Shown here in pieces: positions 39,801 through 51,800 of a stretch of DNA of 64,000 bases (position 1 is its first letter; every line of letters begins with the position of its first letter). Under the pieces are notes generated by a model, which searched no databases, was not told the origin of the DNA, and saw only the letters and a program-made list of their open reading frames with translations. Both the position numbers and the translations under genes were made by a program. This DNA comes from Pecten maximus (lineage: Eukaryota), in contig NC_047015.1 of NCBI RefSeq assembly GCF_902652985.1, positions 36,766,001-36,830,000 of the forward strand. The letters are read 5' to 3'.

Positions 39801-42800
39801 ATAGCACCTCTGAGTCAGTGTGTGGCGCAGCACTTGATATTGATCCTTTGTGCCAGTGACTGGTGCAGGCCAGTTCTATTGATTTTGTTTGTGTGTAGTG
39901 TTAGACACATTCTGTGGAAATCCTTCTGCTGTATATACACCATGTATATCATGAATACTGTCTGTCCAAAATACAAACCTATTCTCAATATGGCATCATA
40001 TGGTATCAGTAATGTAAATGCTACATTTCAAGTTTTCATGGGAATTGACTTACATCGGACACAATATTTGTGGGATAAACATATTGTTTCAGCATTATAA
40101 TTTTGCTGACTCTAGCCATTTTCAATACTACATACAGCAGACGGAACCCGGCTCAGTACAATATAGATAAATAAATTGTTTGCAGTGGTGGACCTACAGC
40201 TTGGATGAATGTTTTACTCCCACATACTGTAAACTTATTAGAGAGAAACCGTAATTCTGTTCTTTTAAATATCTGTAGTAAAGGGAAACATTTGACTAAG
40301 TAAGATGAAATGTTTGAACTATTTTTTGAACCGAAAAAAACCCACCTTATCTCTTCAAATAATTGTGGTGAATAGCAAACCTGTTTTATAATATTTCATT
40401 TGTAATGAATAAAATTACACTGTGATAATATTACATATATAATATAGATATATGTATATAATAAAGCAGAGGGGGGATAGTCATCACTGGGTTAACATCT
40501 TAGGTGGATTATGGGTTCCTCGGCCCCTCATCTGGATACCTTGAGGTATGCAGGTTGATTGAAGGATGAGTTAAATGTCCTGAAGAAACCCAAGAGGGCG
40601 AAACCAGTCAACAGAATAAATTGATGAACCAGGCCTCTCCTCCTGTGGTGATTGACTTCTACTCACTCATATATTTGATATTGCAGTAAATGGAAACCTT
40701 CCTCTGTTAAAATTTTATGATATGAATTCTTAACATTCTGTGAATTTTTGATAAATTTTGTTATTTCTGAAAAAGTGGTTTAAATGTTTGTAGTGGATAG
40801 ACAGCTGACAGTTTAATGAAGTTCCTATGTACTGCTATATCACTACAATATTGCTGTCTCAAAGCGGTTCACAAATTATCATCCTGGTTGTCAGGCCTTC
40901 TCAGTGGAATGTTTGTTGTCCTACTCAGTAAAATGTTTGTTGTCCTACTCAGTAAAATGTTTGTTGTCCTACTCAGTGGAATGTTTGTTGTCCTACTCAG
41001 TAAAATGTTTGTTGTCCTACTCAGTAAAATGTTTGTTGTCCTACTCAGTGGAATGTTTGTTGTCCTACTCAGTAAAATGTTTGTTGTCCTACTCAGTGAT
41101 ATGTTTGTTGTCCTACTCAGTGGAATGTTTGTTGTCCTACTCAGTGAAATGTTTGTTGTCCTACTCAGTAAAATGTTTGTTGTCCTACTCAGTGGAATGT
41201 TTGTTATCCTACTCAACAAAATGTTTGTTATCCTACTCAGTGAAATGTTTGTTGTCCTACTCAGTGGAATGTTTGTTGTCCTACTCAGTAAAATGTTTGT
41301 TGTCCTACTCAGTGGAATGTTTGTTATCCTACTCAACAAAATGTTTGTTGTCCTACTCAGTGAAATGTTTGTTGTCCTACTCAGTAAAATGTTTGTTGTC
41401 CTACTCAGTAAAATGTTTGTTGTCCTACTCAGTGAAATGTTTGTTGTCCTACTCAGTAGAATGTTTGTTGTCCTACTCAGTAGAATGTTTGTTGTCCTAC
41501 TCAGTAAAATGTTTGTTGTCCTACTCAGTAGAATGTTTGTTGTCCTACTCAATAGAATGTTTGTTGTCCTACTCAGTAGAATGTTTGTTGTCCTACTCAG
41601 TAAAATGTTTGTTGTCCTACTCAGTGGAATGTTTGTTGTCCTACTCAGTAAAATGTTTGTTGTCCTACTCAGTAGAATGTTTGTTGTCCTACTCAACAAA
41701 ATGTTTGTTGTCCTACTCAGTGGAATGTTTGTTGTCCTACTCAGTAAAATGTTTGTTGTCCTACTCAGTGGAATGTTTGTTATCCTACTCAGTAAAATGT
41801 TTGTTGTCCTACTCAGTGAAATGTTTGTTGTCCTACTCAGTGGAATGTTTGTTGTCCTACTCAGTAAGATGTTTGTTATTCTACTCAGTAAAATGTTTGT
41901 TATTCTACTCAACAAAATGTTTGTTGTCCTACTCAACAAAATGTTTGTTGTCCTCGTCAGTGAAATGTTTGTTGTCCTACTCAGTAAAATATTTGTTGTT
42001 CTGCCTGGTAAAATGTTTGAAGTAGACAAGCTGTACTGGGGAGTTGCAGACATACTGAGTAATTAATAGGTTGATGTCCCTAGCTCCTCTGCCTGCTGTT
42101 GTTGTGTTTTATGTCTACCTGCCAATTTGTGTGTGATGTACTCTGTCAAGTGTTATGGCGGCCGGTTGCATGGCAGCAAAAATATAGCAGTGCTTGCTGT
42201 CTTATAAATGACATGGAATTAGACCCAGAAGACTGGACAGAAATCTACATGAATGTCTGTATAATGCTTCCCAATAATGAGCGACTTGAGTCACTGTGTA
42301 TGTAATTTATTCAAGGATGTGAGAGAGCATTCATCAACCACACCCCAATACACAAAGTAAACTTCAAATATAGCCTGGAGAGGAGAACAAGTACTGAGAC
42401 ATTGTTATCTTGAAATAAACCAACACACATGTACTGTTAAATGTACAGTTTAGTGCTGTTCTCCTTAACATATCCTTTCCATCAGGCTCCCAACCCCTGA
42501 TAAGGTCGACTTATCGAGGTGTCATTTACAGCAGGTGTGTTATAAAGCAGATATGTACATAGTGAAGACAGGAGACAGAACAGAGAGGGGTGGGGGTTCC
42601 CTTACCCTATAACCCCAGGAGACAGAACAGAGAGGGGTGGGGGTTCCCTTACCCTATAACCCTAGGAGACAGAACAGAGAGGGGTTGGGGTTCCCTTACC
42701 CTATAACCCTAGGAGACAGAACAGAGAGAGGGGGGGGGGGGGGTCCCTTACCCTTTAACCCTAGGAGACAGAACAGAGAGGGGTTGGGGTTCCTTTACCC

Positions 42801-45800
42801 TATAACCCTAATTGTAATGTAATATTATGATGACATTATACTGTATTTAAAAGGTTACCACCAGAGTGTAAGGGGTGGTACTAGGGTATATATTGTATTG
42901 TTGTACAGTCCATCGACAATTTGAGTTATTTGGGGCCAGTGGTATTGGGGTATTCTAGAGGTTTGATATTTTGTGTATTTATGGTAAGAGTTATAAAAGC
43001 TCAACAGTTGTACCATGGGTGGCATTTAGTGTATTTACGGTCTGGTACTGACCTCTAGTTGTTTTTGGAAGTTAACAGAGGGTGTGAGGTGGTGTTTAGG
43101 ATATTTGTGGTATATACCTATTTTGACCCTCTTCTTGTACTTTGAGGTTACAGATACAGATAAGAGTAAAACTCAGTGTTTTATTATGATCTGATATCCA
43201 GTCCTCAAGTGTCTGGTCTTACCTTGGTCTTGAATGTCAGACATATATATTTGGCTCCTTATCTGGAGGATTGCCTACTACCTAAAAAAAGTCTCTATAA
43301 ATGGATTTAATTGTGTTTAATAATTTCAATGGATACATATTGGGATGAGGTATATAAACTTTTATCATCTAGTCATTTACAAAAGAAACTATACTTGTTC
43401 GATAATGCAGCATTTCCTGCATTCTCATTGGATGAATCATGATCATGTGGTAGTTGGGGATTTGTGGTATTGACTCAGTGTTTCCATTATAAAAACATCA
43501 GATTAATGCACCTGAATTTTCTTTGTGACATCATTTAGTTTTGTTAATGCTCTGGTTAATACATGTGTTTCTTTTTTGAGTTCATATAACCACATATTCA
43601 CCTCAAGAGAAGTCCATAATTGATAAATATTAGATTACCAGTACCTTGAGTGTTAATAACATGGCTCCGTATTGTATGTTTACTAAATCTAGGTGTTTTT
43701 GTATTACAGGAACAGCAGACACCTTTACATATTGCGGCCAGACTTGGGAACGTTGACAATGTGACACTACTCCTCCAGCACGGTGCATCACCGGATGCTG
43801 TCACCAAGGATCTGTACACACCACTCCACATCGCCTCCAAAGAGGGGCACGAAGAGGTCGCATCTGTTCTTTTGGAGCAAGGAGCTACACATAGTCTCAC
43901 CACCAAGGTAGGTATCCCATTGGGAGCCCCACTATTTCTTACTGAAATAAGGGTAAGAAACCTCAATATTTTCATATTAGGAAAAATAATTTACACAAAA
44001 TTGTTTTATATGGACGATATTTATATTAGACTTCTTTTAACAACATATAGCATACAGATCAGACAGTCAACCCATGCCTATTTATAAGTCCACCCCTTAC
44101 TTTGAGCCAGAGTATATGTGCTGATGCCCTGCTTGGTACATGATTAAAAACATTGCCTATTCATTGTTTTACAGAAAGGGTTCACACCTCTGCACATTGC
44201 CTCCAAGTATGGCAATATCAAAGTGGCACGCCTGTTGCTGCAGAAGGATGCCAACCCTGATGTCCAAGGCAAGAATGGCTTGACACCCCTGCATGTGGCT
44301 ACTCACTACAACCACGTCAGTGTGGCACTTCTACTACTTGACAACAAGGCGTCACCACACAGCAGTGCCAAGGTAAGGTGTAACAATAACACTCTATCAG
44401 AGACTATCAACAACGGCATTGTAAACATTAGGCCTTCACAACACAGAGAACCTAAGGATATCAAGTCTAAAAGTAAGGTCATCAGAATAGATACCATAGA
44501 GAATATCACATGTTGGGACACATTAGATAGACATATCGACAATACCAGTGGACAGTCTTCACCAGACTGACTGTCAGGTGATCTTACGTGAGAATCCCTC
44601 CAAGAGTCTCCAGTGGTCAAGACATGAAATTCCTCATCAATGCTTAATTAACAGAGTTGTCTCCCTTCAGTCTGTGGACAAAAGAGCTTTAATAGATTTT
44701 ACTTAATTTTTAACCACAGATTAAAATGTTGTTTTAGTGTGGGAGCATTTCTTGTGATGTTAATATTGTTGAATACAGTGTCGTGAATGTCGTTACATGT
44801 GTTATAGAATGGATACACGCCACTACACATTGCTGCCAAGAAGAACCAGATGGACATTGCCACGACACTATTGGAGTTCAGTGCCAACCCTGATGCAGAA
44901 TCTAAGGTAGACAATGCCAGTCTAATCTCATACATGTGGATTATAAATGTTTATCAAGTGTTACTAGAAGTGTAACATCACATTAAAGTGTTGTCAAAAG
45001 TTTACCAGAGTTTACCAAAGCTTACACAAGTTTACCAGAATTTACCAAAGTTTACCAGATCTAATGTTTACCCCTATGTTTTACAACATATAGGTAACAG
45101 TTATTAAAAAAAATGCCAATTGGTACCAAATATTTACCAGATATTATCAGGTAATTACAAAGTGTTTTAAACAAAAAAGTCTGGTATATATTAATCACTG
45201 AAAATTCAGCAGATGGTCTGGATCATCTTTAAAACACTAAAGAGTTCTTCTTGCTGGTGGGATCCAGGTGGAAGAAATAAAAGCACATCTGTATAGCATT
45301 GCATTAAAGAGATAAATTGTATATTAAACAAGATAGAACACATAAAAATAGATTCTGATTGGTGTTTGTCAATAATGATGATGATTGCCTTTCAGAATGG
45401 GTTCACACCTCTTCACCTGGCAGCCCAGGAAGGTCACACAGATATGGTCTCTCTACTACTGGAACAGAAGGCCAAGGTCAACTCCAAGGCCCATGTAAGT
45501 TATAAGGAATGTCACTGTTAAGTAATGTACAGGAGGTGGGGGAGGGGGTTAATATAGACATCTGATACAACTTCATCATTTACCAGTGGAAAATAAAGGG
45601 GTTGAGGGGAGGGGGTCTTTACCAGAGGAAAAGAAAGGGTTTCAGGGGAGGGGGTGTTTACCAGAAGGAAATAAAGGGGTTGATGGGTGGGGGTGTTTAC
45701 CAGAAGGAAATAAAGGGGTTGATAGGAGGGGGTCTTTACCAGAGGAAAAGAAAGGGTTTCAGGGGAGGGGGTCTTTACCAGAAGGAAATAAAGGGGTTGA

Positions 45801-48800
45801 TGGGAGGTGGTCTTTACCAGAAGGAAATAAAGGGGTTGAGGGAAAGAGGTTCTCTGCCAGAATGAAACACTGGGTAGGGTGGGGGAGGGAGCTTAAGTGC
45901 AGTGGATTAGGGAGTGGGGATCTTTACCAAAGGGAAATATAGGGATAGATGAGATGGTGGTCTTTGGATTTTGTTATTGATATGTTTACATTCAGTATGC
46001 TTGAATAAAAGTAATATCTGTTAGAATTGATTCAAAAGACAAAAATTATTTTTAACGAGAGATTTACTGATATCTAACATTTACTATTTACCTCTGAACA
46101 ACTTGGACAATATCTGTGACAAATGCAATCTGTTCATCAACTTACCTGTTCCATATTACAGAATGGTTTGACCCCCATGCACTTGGCTGCACAAGAAGAC
46201 AAGGTCAACATTGCTGAAGTGCTGGTCAAGTATGGGTCAAACACTGACCCCCAGACAAAGGTGATGCTCACTGTTTAGAAAATACTGTGTTCTTCATATT
46301 TCAAAATAAAAGTTCAAATTCAAGTGTTTTGAGAATTTGAAATACATGTATATATATTATTACTATCAGAAGGATGATGCATAAAACAATTGAAAATGAT
46401 TGATTTTACTTGATAAGCAATATGTGGGAATTGATAAGGTGATGGAAATAAAAAAATTCCTTTGATTGAGAAGTGTATAGTTACTTCTTACCGATGTTTA
46501 TATGACCTTTGACCCTTCAGTTCTTGAGGATATAATATGACTTTTTACTTTTGACCTCGTTTCTTCTAGGCCGGCTATACTCCTTTACACACAGCCTGCC
46601 ATTTTGGACAAATCAACATGGTTCGCTTCCTGTTAGACCAAGGTGCATCAGTGAGCGCAACCACTAAGGTAGGTAACTCTTGACATTCCTTACAATTACT
46701 AGCTTTGTATAGGAATACCCCCAGATGTTACTGAGGTGTAATTAAGAGACATTTTCATTAAAATGAGATTAAGCTAATATTTTTTTTTAGAATTTATTAA
46801 AATGCTGTCAATATGAAACTGTAGGCAGAACCCTGTTACAGTGGAAACAGTTGGTATAGAAACAGCTTTAGGTATTCACTCTGGATATCACTCGACGAGG
46901 CCAACATTCACTTCAGCTCACTTGGTGAGGCGTACAACAAGTGTGATTTGATTGGCTAGCTAGCCAAATTCACTGATGTGAGTGGCTGTTTGAGTTTTCA
47001 TCAAACCTCATTTCACAGATTTCATTGGCTACTCTAGTCAGCTTGTCAATGCAATTTTTGTTGCCAGATTTTGTCAGAAATTCCAACATCCATTATTTAG
47101 TAAAAAAAAAAAAAAGCCCAGTTGAATACATTTGATAAAAAAAATTACCAATGTGATATCATTTCAGCATACATGTATGTGTATAAGTGAAAAATCATGG
47201 AATTCAATCATCAGTCAAAAAACATTTTATAATTTAGTTAAAAATGATTATTTCAATGATTTGATGTAACAACAAACAACTTAAATGACATTTAATGAAT
47301 TCCTGTAATGTGAAGTATTATATTGTCATCTGCTGATCAAGAGGAAGGTTACATCACTGTGGCTATTATGTGACCTACTTTGTTCCCTGTCTATTATGTG
47401 ACCTACTTTGTTCCTGTCTATTATGTGACCTATTTTGTTCCTGTCTATTATGTGACCTACTTTGTTTCTGTCTATTATGTGACCTACTTTGTTTCTGTCT
47501 GTTATGGGACCTACTTTGTTTCTGTCTATTATGTGACCTATTTTGTTCCTGTCTATTATGTGACCTACTTTGTTTCTGTCTATTATGTGACCTACTTTGT
47601 TTCTGTCTATTATGTGACCTACTTTGTTCCTGTCTATTATGTGACCTACTTTGTTTGTCTATTATGTGACCTACTTTGTTTCTGTCTATTATGTGACCTA
47701 TTTTGTTCCTGTCTATTATGTGACCTACTTTGTTCCTGTCTATTATGTGACCTACTTTGTTTCTGTCTATTATGTGATCTACTTTGTTTCTGTCTATTAT
47801 GTGACCTACTTTGTTTCTGTCTATTATGTGACCTACTTTGTTTCTGTCTACTATGTGACCTATTTTGTTCCTGTCTATTATGTGACCTACTTTGTTTCTG
47901 TCTATTATGTGACCTACTTTGTTTCTGTCTATTATGTGACCTATTTTGTTCCTGTCTATTATGTGACCTACTTTGTTCCTGTCTACATTGTGACCCTTTT
48001 TTGTTCCTGTCTGTTATGTGACCTACTTTGTTCCTGTCTATTATGTGACCTACTTTGTTCCTGTCTATTATGTGACCTACTTTGTTCCTGTCTATTATGT
48101 GACCTACTTTGTTCCTGTCTACATTGTGACCCTTTTTTGTTCCTAGCTCGGATACACTCCACTTCACCAGGCAGCCCAACAAGGGCATGTACAGGTCGTA
48201 AACCTTCTCCTGAAAAACAAGGCCTCACCAAACGCTGTTACCAATGTAAGTGATATTCTACTTTCCTATTTCAGCATCAGCTACAGATACTTGTTTGTTT
48301 ACATGTTTACCTGTATAGCTATTTCATTTGATGGGGTGTAACTTTCATGATTATTTCTCTGGGGAAAAAGTACATAATGTACATAATGACAGTTTTATAC
48401 CACACTATTCATCAAACCTTTAAGAGTGTATTAACTGTTGTACAGTAGAGAATTAGTTACCTGTTATCTTATATAGATCAATTTTGTTGAATATGACCTT
48501 AACATTGGCCTGTCCTCAAAATATGTTGTGTTCATTAAATCAGTATCAATCAACTACTGAAATAGCGCTGTGTAATTTACAAGATAATGAAAATGTCGCT
48601 TCTTTGAGAGCAGAAAATGATATTGTTTGATGATCTCCAGTAATTTAGAGTTTTTCCTTGTTTATGTGACTGACATAGGGATTCCTGTTGTTATACCTTT
48701 ATTGGGATTTCTATGTAGCATGTCTGTGGCTATTTTACACATTTCATGTCTACTGGATTTACTGTTTAACCATTTTACACTGTGAACTTACAATGTTGAT

Positions 48801-51800
48801 AGACCATTGATAATACTTAAGATTGCATTACAATAAACAATTAAAATTATTTATCAATGTGTTATTTTTTTTTCTTTTCTGTAGAATCACCAAACGGCTT
48901 TGTCCATTGCCCAACGACTAGGATACCTGTCTGTTGTTGACACACTGAGCACTGTCACTGAGGTGACAGAAACTGTGCCTGCTTCAGAGGACAAGTACAA
49001 GGTCGTGTCCCCGGAAACCATGCAAGATACCTTGTTATCAGACTCAGAAGATGAAGGAGGTATGTAAAAATACATATTTAATTTATATTGGATTGATTTT
49101 ATGGTATTATTTGTAGATAAATCCAACATGTAGATCTATCTGTTTAGAAAACAACCAAGTTTTGTACCGCATGTGTGTTAAGTTGATATGGTGATGTCAT
49201 CAAAACATGTGCACAATAATGATGATATTGTTACAAAATACCTTGGTAGTTATTTGTTGTAAATATGATCCCTAATGAGATAGAAAATACTAAAAAAAAT
49301 AGTTTGCTGCCAAAACAGGTTTTGTACGGATTGACATGGTAATGATGTATTGATGATGTTTATTGTTTGTTTACGTTAATAGTTATTTTTCTATCCGCCA
49401 TTATCAGAAGACAATATACAACAATAGAATGATAGAATGAAGACAATATATGACAATAGAATGATAGAATGAAGACAATATATGACAATAGAATGATAGA
49501 ATGAAGACAATATATGACGATAGAATGATAGAATGAAGACAAAATACAGATGTTTAGATCGTTTTTGTATAACAAAAAAATATTTAGACCACCAATAGAA
49601 AAATTTACTTGTATATTTTCTTCTGGATAGATGTTTATTAAATTATTTTGTTAAAAATTTTTCGTTTGACTTAATTATCTGAAGAATATTGAGAAGAATT
49701 AATAAATGCTATCAATATGAAACTGTAGGCACAACCCGTTACAGTGGAAACAGTTGGTATAGTAACAGCTTTAGGTATTCACGCTGGATATCACTCGACG
49801 AGGCTAACATTCGCTTCAGCTCACTTGGTGAGGCGTTAAATAAGAAGTGCCGTGCCTAGTGTGATGTGATTGGCTAGGTAGCCAACTTCACTGATCTGAG
49901 TGGCTGTTTGAGTTTTCATCACAATTCAATTCACTGATTTCATTGGCTAGTCAGCTTGTCATTGCATTGGTGTCAGAAAAAGGTCAAATTCCATTTTTTT
50001 TTTTTTTTAAATATTCATCAATTAGATCATTCCTTTTGCTATTTATTCTGTTTGAGTCATTTGTTACATTTAATGAGACTCTGGAGTTTGATAATACTTT
50101 TTTTTCAAAAGTCTACTGTGCAAATGTTTTCTATTTCTTGATTTCAACTGATCTTAATGATTTTCACTTAAGAAAATAGTCTTGAAATGATGTGGGTTTT
50201 TTTTTCTATAAGCTAACCATTTCATTCTCAGTTTGATAAGGGTAGCTTACAACCAAATTACAGTAATGATTTTTTCAGTAAAATTGAACTTCATGAATAA
50301 AAATTTACTGAAGACAACTATAACCTAAATATTTTTTTAAAGTCTTTTAAAATTTTTGAAATTTTTATTTAAACTTTTATTCCTAAACATTTACAAAAGA
50401 AATATTTGTGTTTTGGTGGGACATTGTCCGAAAATACCAATCTATGATATAAAGATTACAAAGTCAACTTAGGTAGTGGATAAGACAGTCAAATAGAAAG
50501 TCAGGTTTTGTATGGTGTGAGGATCTAATCTGTGACTGAATTAATTACTAACTTTTGTGAATCCCAGTTTGTTTCACAAATTGGGCTCTGCACTTATAAG
50601 TGTGCCGTGATACAGTGTGTAAGGGGAGACAACTAAGAATAGTTTATGTAAATATATAAGATTTTTTATGCTAATAATACAGATATACTTGGCTCTGATG
50701 GTGAGTTAAGGTTTGTAAATAAAAACTATTATACAATATTGGTGTATCAAACAGAATTTTAGAATACCTGGTAATATTATTACATGGATAATATTTATTA
50801 ATGATTTATTTTAATTGATATTTATCTGGAACTGATATATCTTTGATTTTTATTTCAGTCCTTAAAACCTTAATTTAAACTAACACTTTATATTGTAATT
50901 CATTAATACTTAATAGATTTGTATTTATCAGTGCAATATATCTACATTATATACACTGCATTAAAAACATCAAAATTACATTGATCATTGCCACAGACGT
51001 TTAATGTACACGGAAACTATATATTTATATTATATTTATCATGCAACAACATTATTTGATAATAAAAGAACATTCCCCACATGTTTATTTAATAATAGGT
51101 GTTTTTTTTTTATAAACCTGGTTGTTAATGGTACCATGGTATGCGAGTTATGCAGCACAAATCTTCACTCACTCGGTAGCTGCCTGGGCTGTGTTAGACA
51201 ACATACATAATCCCAATGAAGGCTCTTAATTTGGAGCATGTGGCAAAAGACGGAGTCTACAACACACCATAGTATATATGTTTCTAACGAGAGCACTTCG
51301 TGTGTTCATTGATTATAATGTTAATTACCTGGCCTAACGTATACTTGTATCATATTTGTCTGTTTTTTTCCCCACTAATACCCTCAGTTTGCCTAGGTTT
51401 AAGTCTTGGTCTATGTAAGGGCACTAAATATTGTAAAAGGGGAACAATTTTTATCATAAATGTAATCAATTTTGTTCTCAGATTTTGAACTGGTTAGTTG
51501 TATGCCTAGAGATGCCTTATCAACAGGGCAAACTAATAAGTAAACCAGATAATGTCTTGATGACATGTGTCAAATAATCAGTAAAATCTTGTTCAGGTGG
51601 TTAAGATTTAGTCCAGGTAAAAAATGTTTTCATTGCAGCAACATCATTGTTTAAATGTCTCCTCAATGTTTTCTGGAATGCTAGGCTGCAGGTTAACAGT
51701 TGTATTGTATCTGTGGTTTGACTGTAAAATCAGAGAGAAAATCAAAACCTGATGTTATATCATATTTCAGTCCACATTGAATGTCATATTTCAGATTCAC

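Noticed and set aside
40816-42066. Three overlapping ~400-aa ORFs
   Set aside because: 24-bp satellite open in several frames
39295-49129. Minus-strand ORFs overlapping ankyrin exons (39295, 43598, 44306, 44699, 48887; also 23448)
   Set aside because: Antisense shadows of the coding exons
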